Of a DNA stretch of 64,000 bases, positions 51,611 to 61,393 are shown piece after piece. The stretch lies in the NCBI GenBank assembly GCA_963718565.1, contig OY970364.1, forward strand, positions 352,001 through 416,000, written 5' to 3'. The DNA is from an uncultured Verrucomicrobiae bacterium (GTDB lineage Bacteria > Chlamydiota > Chlamydiia > Chlamydiales > Rhabdochlamydiaceae). The first letter of the stretch is position 1, and every line of letters starts with the position of its first letter. A model generated the notes under the pieces. That model was given only the letters and a program-made list of their open reading frames with translations, made no database searches and was not told the origin of the DNA. The position numbers and the translations under genes were made by a program.

Positions 51611-52409
51611 TTTGCATTGTCATACGACCTTTAGCGATGGAACAATGACCCTCGAACAACTTCTCTATCTTGCCAAGGAAATGGGCCTTTCGGGGATTTC
51701 GATTACGGATCATGACACTATCGAGGCCTATTCTGCAGCACCCGCGATTGCTAAACAGCTCGGCATTCTGCTTGGAACCGGTGTCGAGTTTTCCTGTATG
51801 TTTCAGAAGATGAGCGTTCACGTTCTCAGTTATGATTTTGACCTCGATAGCCCTGCAATTGCAAAATTCTGCGCTCGGCACCAGCAGCGCAGAATGTTTC
51901 GAAACAGAGCGATTTTGGATAATTTGAGCCGTTTGGGGATGGCGATTTCCGAAGAAGAACTCCTTGCCATTGGCGAGAGGACGCTCGGGCGGCCACATAT
52001 TGCAAAGCTGATGGTTGAAAAAGGCTATGTGAGTTCGATTAAAGAAGCTTTTAACCATTATATTGGAGACGGAAAACCTTGCTATTCTTCAGGAGAAGGA
52101 ATTGCTGTACAGGAAACTATTGAGGTCATTCATCAGGCCAGAGGCAAAGCGTTTATCGCACATCCTCATCTTTTAGAACATTCACGCAAAATCAAAGAGC
52201 TACTCAAGCTCCCCTTTGATGGAATAGAATGCTATTATGCGAAATTTTCTTCTGAACAAGAAAATCAATGGGTCCAAATAGCAAAAGAAAGAGGATGGCT
52301 GATTAGCGGAGGCTCGGATTTTCACGGCTCTTCAAAAGATTACATTCAGCTCGGATGCTCTTGGGTCGATGAAGACAACTTCCACAAGATTTTTCAGCAT
52401 TTGATTTGA
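51597..52409 (+). CDS. PHP-domain phosphoesterase (TrpH/YciV-like)
   Basis: DLHCHTTFSDG, ITDHD, GRPHIA, AHP, GGSDFHG. Confidence 0.92.
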   Translation: MFRADLHCHTTFSDGTMTLEQLLYLAKEMGLSGISITDHDTIEAYSAAPAIAKQLGILLGTGVEFSCMFQKMSVHVLSYDFDLDSPAIAKFCARHQQRRMFRNRAILDNLSRLGMAISEEELLAIGERTLGRPHIAKLMVEKGYVSSIKEAFNHYIGDGKPCYSSGEGIAVQETIEVIHQARGKAFIAHPHLLEHSRKIKELLKLPFDGIECYYAKFSSEQENQWVQIAKERGWLISGGSDFHGSSKDYIQLGCSWVDEDNFHKIFQHLI

Positions 52410-52423
52410 GAGGGTATCTTCAC

Positions 52424-53662
52424 ATGTCAAACTACGCACACATCATCGACCGTTTATATCAGGCTACCTGTTCACCGGGCGCTCATTCGGGACTTGAAAA
52501 TGCTAAAGCTCTTCATCAAGCGCTTGCATTTCCAGCACAATCCTATGCGACGATACACATCGCCGGCAGCAATGGAAAAGGGTCAGTTGCCACAAAAATC
52601 GCCAAAGGACTTGAACTCTCAGGCTATCGTGTCGGCCTCTACACGTCGCCCCATCTTTTTTCCTTCCGCGAGAGGATTGCTGTCGACAGCCAGCCGATTT
52701 CTGAAGAGGAGGTGATCGAAGGAATGCAGAGGATTTTTTTCTGGAATGAGAAAGGGAATCTCGGCGCTACTTTTTTCGAAATGACGACCTTTCTTGCCTT
52801 TGATTATTTTCGCAAAAAACAAGTCGATGTCGCTGTGATTGAAACAGGGCTTGGGGGAAGGCTTGATGCCACCAATATCATTTCCCCAGTCTTGACGGCG
52901 ATCACCTCCATCAGCCGCGAGCACGCGTACATCTTAGGGAATAACCTCGAGCAAATCGCTTCCGAGAAAGCGGGAGTTATTAAAGAAAACATCCCTGTCA
53001 TCTTAGGACCCAAGGCGCGCTTTCAGTCTATTTATGATCGCGCTAAAGAATTGAATTGCCCACTTTTTGTCTCTAGAAAAATCGGCTATTTTTACGATGA
53101 AGAGAACAATGCGATTGCAGAGCTGATCTTGTCCCGCCTCCCTCCGCCGTTCTCATTAAAGTCAGAGGCAGTGAAGCAAGCAGTTACCATCCGCCCTCCC
53201 TGCCGTTTCGAAAAGATGGGAGAAGCGATCTTCGATGTTGCGCACAATCCCAATGCTATTTTTTATTTGCTGCAGGCTTTGCACACTTTTTACCCTCAAT
53301 CGCGCTTCCGCTTTCTTGCAGGCTTTTCTAAAGATAAAGAATATGACCAGTGCTTGGATTTGATCGCGCCTGTGGCCACTCATATTCATCTTGTCCAAGC
53401 GCCGACCTCTCGCGCAGCAACAACAGAAGAGCTGAAGTCTGTTTTAAAAAATCAGGATCCTGCTTTCTCGACCGTCCATCCTTCTATTAAAGAAGGAGCG
53501 GAGGAAGCTTACACTCAAGCTCTGGCCCAAGACGAAATCCTCGTCGTTTGTGGAAGTTTTTACATCATGGCAGATGCAAAGGAGGCGATAGGGATTCAAC
53601 TTCCTAAAGACTCTTTAAACGAAAAGATTTTCCCTTCTGTTTTTTCTTCTTCAGTGACTTGA
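52424..53662 (+). CDS. folC: Folylpolyglutamate/dihydrofolate synthase
   Basis: HIAGSNGKGS, YTSPHL, ETGLGGRLDATN, DVAHN, GSFY. Confidence 0.93.
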   Translation: MSNYAHIIDRLYQATCSPGAHSGLENAKALHQALAFPAQSYATIHIAGSNGKGSVATKIAKGLELSGYRVGLYTSPHLFSFRERIAVDSQPISEEEVIEGMQRIFFWNEKGNLGATFFEMTTFLAFDYFRKKQVDVAVIETGLGGRLDATNIISPVLTAITSISREHAYILGNNLEQIASEKAGVIKENIPVILGPKARFQSIYDRAKELNCPLFVSRKIGYFYDEENNAIAELILSRLPPPFSLKSEAVKQAVTIRPPCRFEKMGEAIFDVAHNPNAIFYLLQALHTFYPQSRFRFLAGFSKDKEYDQCLDLIAPVATHIHLVQAPTSRAATTEELKSVLKNQDPAFSTVHPSIKEGAEEAYTQALAQDEILVVCGSFYIMADAKEAIGIQLPKDSLNEKIFPSVFSSSVT

Positions 53663-54441
53663 GACAATCCCAAGAAGAGTTGATCGATCTGATGGCTTGT
53701 GGGATAAGATTCTCCATTCTCTACAAGCTCATTGACAGTAGCGATTAACGCTTGCATTGTCTCTAAAGGATCATCAAAAGGTGTTGCTGTGAGATGTTGC
53801 ATATGCTTTTCAAAACATCGTTTATGACTTTCCGATAACGTAAGATAATGCATCTTTGCTTGTCTAAAGTCGCGATTATATACGGCTCTAGCGATATCAA
53901 AGAGTTCTTCGAGTTCTCCTGGCAATAGTTCGACTTCCTCTTCGACAAAGCGCACAGGATTTTGTTTAGCAAGCCAATCAAAGTGACGGGTGATCGGTTG
54001 GCCGTCCAGTTTGGCCTTAGCCTCAAGGAGCGCGTGTTTTGCATCTGCAATAATGCGGCGATGTGGGATCGATGGCTTATGGTGTCCCTCTAAATCCTGG
54101 ATGTGAACTTCCAGCATTTTGATCGCTTTCAGTGTAATTTTTCCTTTCTTAAGGGAAGTGGATTCATGCTGGATTTGTGTAACTTCGCCTTCGACAAGGC
54201 GTTCGACCAAGTCGCGGGAAAGGCTGACAACCTTTTCCTTAAGGTACTCCGTTTGCGCTTTGGCAAAAACATCAGAGGTTTTTTCCAAGTCTTGCAGTTT
54301 TTGCGAGGCGAAATTGAGCCTCTTGCACAAAGATTGATATTTTCTTTGGGAAATGCAATCGCTGATTTTCCCTTCAATGGTCTGCACTTCCGTTTGCAGC
54401 CATCGAGATCCGCTGAGCTTATTAACTTCGTTAGATCTCAT
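53596..54441 (-). CDS. Hypothetical helical protein, possibly a distant relative of the upstream paralogue array
   Basis: 281-aa ORF; AIKMLEVHIQDL resembles AIKSLQGRIQEL. Confidence 0.7.
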   Translation of the reverse strand: MRSNEVNKLSGSRWLQTEVQTIEGKISDCISQRKYQSLCKRLNFASQKLQDLEKTSDVFAKAQTEYLKEKVVSLSRDLVERLVEGEVTQIQHESTSLKKGKITLKAIKMLEVHIQDLEGHHKPSIPHRRIIADAKHALLEAKAKLDGQPITRHFDWLAKQNPVRFVEEEVELLPGELEELFDIARAVYNRDFRQAKMHYLTLSESHKRCFEKHMQHLTATPFDDPLETMQALIATVNELVENGESYPTSHQIDQLFLGLSQVTEEEKTEGKIFSFKESLGS

Positions 54442-54617
54442 AAGATTATCTTCTTATTATATGTATTAGATTATTAAGACACATAATATGCCTTAGTTTC
54501 ATTCTAATCCTTATACATATAATGTTCAATTACCATACTTAATTATAAAAACAGTTCTTAACATTTAAAATAAAAGCTATGCCGACGACAAAGCTGCCCT
54601 CTCAAGAGGGAAATAAA

Positions 54618-54652
54618 AAAAAGCTATGTCCTTTTCACAAGACATAGCTTTT
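54618..54652. terminator. Bidirectional intrinsic terminator
   Basis: AAAAAGCTATGTC-loop-GACATAGCTTTTT downstream of the 54683 gene. Confidence 0.7.
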
Positions 54653-54682
54653 TGCTAGAAATGTTGTAAATTAAAATGTTTT

Positions 54683-56740
54683 TTACAGCTTCCAGGCGGC
54701 TTTTAAGGCATTACGCACTTGATGGATCGCGGCGATCTTAATGGCAGCGTCAACGCCTTCCATGGATGCGCGAAAAGCTTTACGGCCAAAATCTCCCTGG
54801 AATTTAGAATAATCATTTGGGTCAACCAAAGAGGAATTGCTAGTGCGGGCTGCGGCATGCAGGTGATAGAAGGCGCCATACAAGTTGTGGGTGGCATTTT
54901 GCTCTCCTTGAGCACGATCTTTTGGACCGAGTTTAGTAGCTTCGAGACTGTCCAGCAATGCGATCACTGTTGCGCCATCTTCAAAATTGATTGCATCTTC
55001 AAGACATTCCAAAGCCAATTCTACGATTGTACGTTGCACAGAACGCGAACGCTCTTCGTTAGTCGCTGGGTAAGTCCCGGCAAAGGCCTTGTTGCCATAT
55101 TGCCCGTCGCCTCGAAGTTTCTCTGGAGCTTCATTTTTATGAATAAAGTAGAGGTGAAAGAAGGGACGATCGGCAATCGCGCGTGGATTCACATCTGTCA
55201 TCTTAAATACGCTCTGGAGTTGTCTAGAGTCCATCGTTTGAAGAGCTGCGTATGCTTCTTGCAATTGAGCATCATCTGCATCAGGCCCTAGAAGGATGAG
55301 TAGAGCTTGCAGGGTGTGAATGGTTTCAATGCTAGGATGAGTACTGACAACAGGAACTTCTTCTTGTGCTGGAGCCACATCTTCGAAATCCAATGTACTG
55401 ATATCAATGTCATCTGGCAAATATAATTCCGGTGGAAGGTCTGAAGGAGCCGAAGGAGATGGATCACGTCTCCTTGTTGGGTCAGATCGTGTAGGTGAAG
55501 GCGATGACACAACAGCCTGCATCTTTTTCGCTTCTTTCAATCGGCGCTTCATCTCCTCTGCTTGTTTTACAACGGTAACAACAGGAGGGATTGGGTCATT
55601 GGAACTGCTTAGGATTTTTTCCAAAGCTTCTTTTTTATGTCCCCAGCCTGCTGGCCAGGAAGAGAAGAGTTGATCAACAGTACGTCGCCCCATAACAGTT
55701 TGCCCCATGTCGCGATTGCTTTTTGTTTTTTGGATTTCGTTGAGAGCCTCAAAGAGCTTTTGTTTTTCGTTAAGAGAAAGGCGCGAGAAAATACCATCGA
55801 TGTTTGAAAGTTGTGCTGGAATATTGGATGAGCCGATGGCTTCTCCAATAACATGTATCAGTTCCTTTAAAACTTCCACCTGCGTAGCTTGACCTTGAAC
55901 TTGCTGCGTTTGTTCACTTTCTTTCTCTGTTTGTGCTTCGATGCATCTATTCAATATATTTTCTAGTGCCTCAAGATGAGTTGCAATTGCAGGTCCAGCT
56001 GTTTCGGGTGTATAGGGGGCATGTCTTTTGACTTCGTTATAATGGGCGAGAACAAGTTCAAAGTTTGTTCTAGGATCCTCTGTACATTTCTCTCTAATAT
56101 CCTTCAATTGATCTTCGAAGAGAGAAAGCAGGTAGTCTTCATCGGTCGCTCGCTGGATCTCTCGATCTTCTGAAATGGTAGTCAGAGGAGATTGTCGAGG
56201 GGAAGAGGTTTGGATACTTGGAGTTTGAGTTGTTTGCAAGGTGGATGACTGAGTCAGCATAGACTCCAAATTTTGGTTTGCAATGTCAAGAGCCTCTCGA
56301 TTTCCTCTGTTCATGTAGGAGTCGTCTGCAGACTTCAGTTCTTGGATGCGTCCTTGGAGTGATTTGATCGCAGAAGCATTTGGAGGAGTTGAAGATTGAT
56401 AAAGTTTGTCCACTGCCGATGCAATGTCGACATATTCCTCTGCAATCTGATTATTTTTATCAAGGGACTCTAGAATGTCAGCGCAAGCAGTAAGCTTTTC
56501 TGCAATCCCGAGAAGTTCTTCTTCGGTAATGTCAGGAATTGCATCTTGCTGTCTCCTATATGTCGCTTCGACTTTCTTCTGCAGTTCCGTTAGCAATTTA
56601 CTGTGTGGGATAAATTGGTTTGCGTTGCTGAGCTGTTCTGATGGGCTCAGACTATCGAAAACTGGTTTTTTTTGCTCAAGTTGTTCTTGAAGCCCAGTTG
56701 TCTGACCTAAAATTCGTTGTTTTACAGTTAGGGTGGTCAT
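54683..56740 (-). CDS. Effector-like coiled-coil protein, paralogue 1 (685 aa)
   Basis: N-terminal module shared with the two upstream ORFs; S/T/P-rich linkers. Confidence 0.8.
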   Translation of the reverse strand: MTTLTVKQRILGQTTGLQEQLEQKKPVFDSLSPSEQLSNANQFIPHSKLLTELQKKVEATYRRQQDAIPDITEEELLGIAEKLTACADILESLDKNNQIAEEYVDIASAVDKLYQSSTPPNASAIKSLQGRIQELKSADDSYMNRGNREALDIANQNLESMLTQSSTLQTTQTPSIQTSSPRQSPLTTISEDREIQRATDEDYLLSLFEDQLKDIREKCTEDPRTNFELVLAHYNEVKRHAPYTPETAGPAIATHLEALENILNRCIEAQTEKESEQTQQVQGQATQVEVLKELIHVIGEAIGSSNIPAQLSNIDGIFSRLSLNEKQKLFEALNEIQKTKSNRDMGQTVMGRRTVDQLFSSWPAGWGHKKEALEKILSSSNDPIPPVVTVVKQAEEMKRRLKEAKKMQAVVSSPSPTRSDPTRRRDPSPSAPSDLPPELYLPDDIDISTLDFEDVAPAQEEVPVVSTHPSIETIHTLQALLILLGPDADDAQLQEAYAALQTMDSRQLQSVFKMTDVNPRAIADRPFFHLYFIHKNEAPEKLRGDGQYGNKAFAGTYPATNEERSRSVQRTIVELALECLEDAINFEDGATVIALLDSLEATKLGPKDRAQGEQNATHNLYGAFYHLHAAARTSNSSLVDPNDYSKFQGDFGRKAFRASMEGVDAAIKIAAIHQVRNALKAAWKL

Positions 56741-56827
56741 AAGATCACATTCTCCAGGTTTGTTTTGAGTTCATTTCTATCGAGGGGTTTTGCAATTCCC
56801 TCTATCATTTTGAATTTGAGGATCGAT

Positions 56828-57739
56828 TTAAATGTCCACCCACGAATATTGTGGAGTGGAAGAATTGCGGACGCCTGAAGTTTCGGTGGTGCAGGGCGCT
56901 GATGACTGAATCAGCATAGACCGTAAACTTTGATTTGCAATTTCAAGAGCCTCTTTATTTCCTTTGTTCATGTAGGGGTATGCAGAAGTTAGTTCTTGGA
57001 TGCGTCCTTGGAGCGATTCGACTTCAGAAGCATTTGGGGGAGTTGAGGACTGATAAAGTTTGTCCACTGCCGATGCAATGTCGACACACCCCTGTGCAGT
57101 CTGACTACTTTCATCAAGGGACTTTAGAATGTCAGTGCAAGCAGTAAACTTTTTTGCAGTCGCGAGAAGTTCTTCTTCGCTAATTTGAGGAATTGCATCT
57201 TGTCCTATCTTATATATCGCTTTGGTTGTCTCCTGTAGTTTCGTGAGCGATTTACTGAGTTGGATAAATTGGGGTATTGCTATAAGCTGTTCTGATGGGC
57301 TCAGATTACCGATAGCTGACTTTGTTTCCTTAAGTTGTCGTTGAAATTCAATTGCCCGACCTAAAGTAGCTGACTTTGTTTCCTTAAGTTGTCGTTGAAA
57401 TTCAATTGCCCGACCTAAAGTAGCTGACTTTGTTTCCTTAATTTGTCGTTGAAATTCAATATAGGGCTTTAGACTGTCAGCGCAAGCAGTAAGCCTTTCT
57501 GCAATCCCGAGAAGTTCTTCTTCGGTAAAGTCAGGAATTGCATCTTGCCCTCTCTTATATGTCGCTTCGACTTTCTTCTGCAGTTCCGTTAGCAATTTAC
57601 TGTATGCGGTAAATTGGTTTGCGTTGCTGAGCTGTTCTGATGGGCTCAGACTATCGAAAACTGGTTTTGCTTCCTCAAGTTGCTCTAGAAGCCTAGTTGT
57701 CTGACCTAAAATTCGTTGTTTTACAGTTAGGGTGGTCAT
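56828..57739 (-). CDS. Paralogue 2 (303 aa) with internal duplication
   Basis: Two copies of the SPSEQL...EEELL module plus 18-aa tandem repeats. Confidence 0.75.
   Translation of the reverse strand: MTTLTVKQRILGQTTRLLEQLEEAKPVFDSLSPSEQLSNANQFTAYSKLLTELQKKVEATYKRGQDAIPDFTEEELLGIAERLTACADSLKPYIEFQRQIKETKSATLGRAIEFQRQLKETKSATLGRAIEFQRQLKETKSAIGNLSPSEQLIAIPQFIQLSKSLTKLQETTKAIYKIGQDAIPQISEEELLATAKKFTACTDILKSLDESSQTAQGCVDIASAVDKLYQSSTPPNASEVESLQGRIQELTSAYPYMNKGNKEALEIANQSLRSMLIQSSAPCTTETSGVRNSSTPQYSWVDI
57313..57460. repeat. 54-bp tandem repeat, about 2.7 copies
   Basis: Units start at 57313, 57367 and 57421; encode IEFQRQLKETKSATLGRA. Confidence 0.93.
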
Positions 57740-57803
57740 AAGATCACATTCTCCAGGTTTGTTTTGAGTTCATTTCTATCGAGGGGTTTTGCAATTCCCT
57801 CTA

Positions 57804-58706
57804 TCATTTTGAATTTGAGGATCGATTTAAAATTTCCACCTGCGTAGCTTGGTCTTGAACCTGCTGCGCTTGTTCGTTTTCTTTCATTGTGGTTGTGTAG
57901 ATTGCATTCATTAGCCCTTCTAATTCCTCAAGATGCCCTGCAATTTCGAGTTCAGTTATTTCGGACATACCAATAAGGCCCTTAGAAAGAGCATATTTTC
58001 TGACTTCTTCATAATGGTCAAAAAGAGCTGAAAATTCCTTTTTAGGATCATCTGTATATGTTTTTCTAATCTCTTGGAATTGATCTCGGAAGGAAGCAAT
58101 TTTCTGTTTCTCATCGGCCGGTTGTTGGATTTTTTGGTCTTCCGAGATCATAGTCCGAGGAGATTGTTGAGGGGAAGAATTGCGGACGCCTGAAGTTTGG
58201 GTGGTGCAGGGCGCTGATGACTGGGTCAGTATAGACAGTAAACTGTGATGTGTAATTCTAGGAGCCTCTTTATTTCCTTTGTTCATGTAGGAGTATGCAG
58301 AAGTTAGTTCTTGGATGCGTCCTTGGAGCGATGTGACTTCAGAAGCATTTGGAGGAGTTGAAGATTGATAAAGTTTGTCCACTGCCGATGCAATGTCGAC
58401 ATATTCCTCTGCAATCTGATTATTTTTATCAAGGGACTCTAGAATGTCAGCGCAAGCAGTAAGCTTTTCTGCAATCCCGAGAAGTTCTTCTTCGGTAATG
58501 TCAGGAATTGCATCTTGCTGTCTCCTATATGTCGCTTCGACCTTCTTCTGCAGTTCCGTTAGCAATTTACTGTGTGGGATAAATTGGTTTGCGTTGCTGA
58601 GCTGTTCTGATGGGCTCAGATTATCGACAACTGGTTTTGCTTTCTCAAGTTGTCGTTGAAGTTCAATTGCATGACTTAAAATTAGTTGCTTTATGGATAG
58701 AGTCAC
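57804..58706 (-). CDS. Paralogue 3 (300 aa)
   Basis: About 90-aa block identical to paralogue 1. Confidence 0.78.
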   Translation of the reverse strand: MTLSIKQLILSHAIELQRQLEKAKPVVDNLSPSEQLSNANQFIPHSKLLTELQKKVEATYRRQQDAIPDITEEELLGIAEKLTACADILESLDKNNQIAEEYVDIASAVDKLYQSSTPPNASEVTSLQGRIQELTSAYSYMNKGNKEAPRITHHSLLSILTQSSAPCTTQTSGVRNSSPQQSPRTMISEDQKIQQPADEKQKIASFRDQFQEIRKTYTDDPKKEFSALFDHYEEVRKYALSKGLIGMSEITELEIAGHLEELEGLMNAIYTTTMKENEQAQQVQDQATQVEILNRSSNSK

Positions 58707-58840
58707 AAGATCACGTTCTCCAAGTTTGTTTTTTGATAATCAATAAATTTATTAGCTGAGCATCTTAATTTTTTAGCTAATAAAAAAGAATAATTAAAAT
58801 AATTTTTTGATATTAATTATTATTAAATTAAATTTTATAA

Positions 58841-59437
58841 TTACTTGTATAAAACCTTTTGCAGTGTAAGAAGGGAAGGTGCCAGTGTTCGGTTGGGAAA
58901 TGTGTGGTAGCATACATTCCAAGTCATTGGACAGAGATGGGACAGTTCTCTCACAAGCGCTTCTTCTTCTCTTTTTCCCTCTTCATGGCCAGGATAGCAG
59001 GTGATACAGATGGCTCCGCTAGGGGAAATGAGGGCCATTGCCTTATTCACACTTGCTAAAGTGCTCCATGTCTGGGTTGTTATCTGTTTATTTCCTTTGG
59101 GAAGGTAGCCCAAATTATAGACGACGAGGCGCATAGGATTTTCCTCTACAATCGGAGGAAAGCATGCGTGGGATTGGCAATAGAGGTGGATGCGTGCTCG
59201 ATCTTTGGCAGGCAGCCGTGCTTGAAGGAGCATGTCTGTCTTTGTGATGGCTTCTTGCTGGAGATCGATGCCGATGACACCTCCCTGTTTTTCTCGCAGG
59301 ATTTCTGCGAGTTTGAGAGTATCATTGCCATTTCCACAGGTAGCGTCGATCGCCCAGCCCCCGTTGCGCAAAAGCTTTTCCCAATAGTGATGGGCAAGGT
59401 CGATGTGGGAATGAAATAAAGGGAAATTTCGGTTCAT
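58841..59437 (-). CDS. SAM-dependent methyltransferase (YtqB/MnmM-like)
   Basis: IDATCGNGNDT, YNLGYLPKG, YPGHEEG. Confidence 0.88.
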   Translation of the reverse strand: MNRNFPLFHSHIDLAHHYWEKLLRNGGWAIDATCGNGNDTLKLAEILREKQGGVIGIDLQQEAITKTDMLLQARLPAKDRARIHLYCQSHACFPPIVEENPMRLVVYNLGYLPKGNKQITTQTWSTLASVNKAMALISPSGAICITCYPGHEEGKREEEALVRELSHLCPMTWNVCYHTFPNRTLAPSLLTLQKVLYK

Positions 59438-59514
59438 CTTTTTCTTTATCTAAGAAGCTATCTAGCTTAGACTGGGCGCAGTATATCATCTGTCGCTATT
59501 TTGTAGGTAAGTTC

Positions 59515-61059
59515 ATGCAAACAGAAGTGCTCATCATCGGATGCGGAATTGCGGGGTGCATTATTGCCCTTGAGCTTGCCGAAAAAGGGATTCAGGTGAT
59601 TTTGCTTGGTTCTAAGGGTGGTACTGAGTCCAATTCCCATTCTGCTCAAGGGGGGATTATCTTTCGCGGAAGCGGCGATTCTCAAGAGCTATTAAAGGAG
59701 GATATTCTTCAAGCAGGTTGTGGGTTGTGCAATCCAGAAGCTGTCGAGCTGCTCGTTCAGTGGGGCCCCAAACTTGTTCAAGAACTGCTGATTGATAAAT
59801 ACAAAGTTCCCTTTGACCGTGATGAAAACAGGGCTTTGAGTATGACTGCGGAAGGAGCGCATTCGATTCCTCGCATTATTTATCATCGTGATCAGACAGG
59901 AAAGGCGATCATGTCGGTTTTACTTGACGCTGTTAAAAATTCTCCCCATGTTCAATTCAAGCCCAATCATACGGCTGTCGATTTAATCACCCTTTCTCAT
60001 CATTCTAAAAAACGGACAGATATCTATGCTCTGTCGACTTGTGTCGGGGCCTATGTCATGGACAATTCTCGCTGTGCCATCGACATCTGCTTTGCTCAAG
60101 AGACGATCTTGGCGACAGGGGGGCTTGGCGAAATTTATCTTCATACGACAAATCCTAAAGAAGCTCGTGGAGATGGGGTTGCCATGGCCTATCGTGCTGG
60201 TGCCCGCATCATGAATATGGAGTATGTCCAGTTTCATCCTACCGCCTTGTATCTTCCTTTCGATCGCCGTTTTTTACTGAGCGAAGCGCTGCGCGGCGAA
60301 GGAGCTGAACTCTTGACGAACGGCTTTCAGTCCTTTATGCACCGATACCATGAAAAAGGTTCATTGGCTCCTCGAGACGTGACGGCTCGAGCGATCTATC
60401 AGGAGATGGTTCGCTGCGAGTCTCAGCACTTATGGTTGGATATGACAGGTACAGAGGCCCCTTATCTCAAACAGCGCTTTTCCAGCATTTACAACTATTG
60501 TCTAGAAAAAGGTTTCGATATGACGAAGGAACCGTTACCCGTCGTTCCAGCGGCTCATTATTCTTGTGGCGGAATTGCGGTGGATTCCAAAAGCCAGACG
60601 ACGATTCGACGACTGCGCGCCGTTGGCGAGGTCGCATGCACGGGATTGCATGGGGCAAATCGCCTGGCTTCGACATCCCTTTTAGAGGCACTAGTGTGGG
60701 GACAACTCTGTGTCGATGATCTCATTGCTGGAATGAGAGGACGCGATGATTATTTGCCGCCGATCGACCCTTGGGTCATGAGCGATGGAATCGCAGATAG
60801 TGCATTGATCCAACAAGATTGGATGACGATCAAGCAGACGATGTGGAACTATGTGGGTCTCGTGCGGGACAAGGCACGCCTTGACCGTGCCCATAGGATG
60901 CTGACCGAACTTAAGTGGGAGATCGAATCGTTTTACGACCGCTGCTGCCTGACGCCCGAGCTGCTTGGATTGCGCAATGGCGTCCAAACCGCTCTGCTTG
61001 TCACGCAAGGGGCGCTTCGCAATCGCGATTCCATCGGATGCCACTATCGCCTGAATTAG
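59515..61059 (+). CDS. nadB: L-aspartate oxidase
   Basis: GCGIAG, AQGGI, EGAHS, QFHPT, SEALRGEG, LAPRD, GLHGANRLASTSLLE. Confidence 0.95.
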   Translation: MQTEVLIIGCGIAGCIIALELAEKGIQVILLGSKGGTESNSHSAQGGIIFRGSGDSQELLKEDILQAGCGLCNPEAVELLVQWGPKLVQELLIDKYKVPFDRDENRALSMTAEGAHSIPRIIYHRDQTGKAIMSVLLDAVKNSPHVQFKPNHTAVDLITLSHHSKKRTDIYALSTCVGAYVMDNSRCAIDICFAQETILATGGLGEIYLHTTNPKEARGDGVAMAYRAGARIMNMEYVQFHPTALYLPFDRRFLLSEALRGEGAELLTNGFQSFMHRYHEKGSLAPRDVTARAIYQEMVRCESQHLWLDMTGTEAPYLKQRFSSIYNYCLEKGFDMTKEPLPVVPAAHYSCGGIAVDSKSQTTIRRLRAVGEVACTGLHGANRLASTSLLEALVWGQLCVDDLIAGMRGRDDYLPPIDPWVMSDGIADSALIQQDWMTIKQTMWNYVGLVRDKARLDRAHRMLTELKWEIESFYDRCCLTPELLGLRNGVQTALLVTQGALRNRDSIGCHYRLN

Positions 61060-61244
61060 AGAGGGAATTGCAAAACTCCTCGCCGCATAAAATCGCGCTT
61101 TTGACACCTGTCGCCTTGGCGGCGGCTCTCCTACTTATCCAAGTATGCTTTCGCCGCCGCTAACCGAACCCGCTGTGCGGGTTCTGGCAACAGGTGCCAA
61201 AATCATCGATTTTCTGCTGGCGAGGAGTTTTGCAATTCCCTCTA
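61060..61244. repeat. MITE-like element, family B, full length (about 185 bp)
   Basis: 25-bp IR AGAGGGAATTGCAAAACTCCTCGCC with nested internal hairpins. Confidence 0.88.
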
Positions 61245-61311
61245 GAGTTTTTTGCTTGCTGGTAATTTCCTATTCCGGTTAAGATGCTCATCTTAAATTT
61301 GAAGTTTTGGT

Positions 61312-61385
61312 GGGGTATTAGCTCAGTTGGTTAGAGCGCCACGTTGACATCGTGGAGGTCAGCTGTTCGAGTCAGCTATATCCCA
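61312..61385 (+). tRNA. tRNA-Val(GAC)
   Basis: Cloverleaf: GGGGTAT/ATATCCC acceptor stem, CCACG-TTGACAT-CGTGG anticodon arm, AGCTG-TTCGAGT-CAGCT T arm; CCA not encoded. Confidence 0.96.
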
Positions 61386-61393
61386 AAACGTTC

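Noticed and set aside
57313..57460. Possible CRISPR array
   Set aside because: Head-to-tail 54-bp coding repeats with no unique spacers; no cas genes in the window.
61352..61393. GTG start of the thrS-like ORF given in the ORF track
   Set aside because: It lies inside tRNA-Val; ATG at 61394 was used instead.
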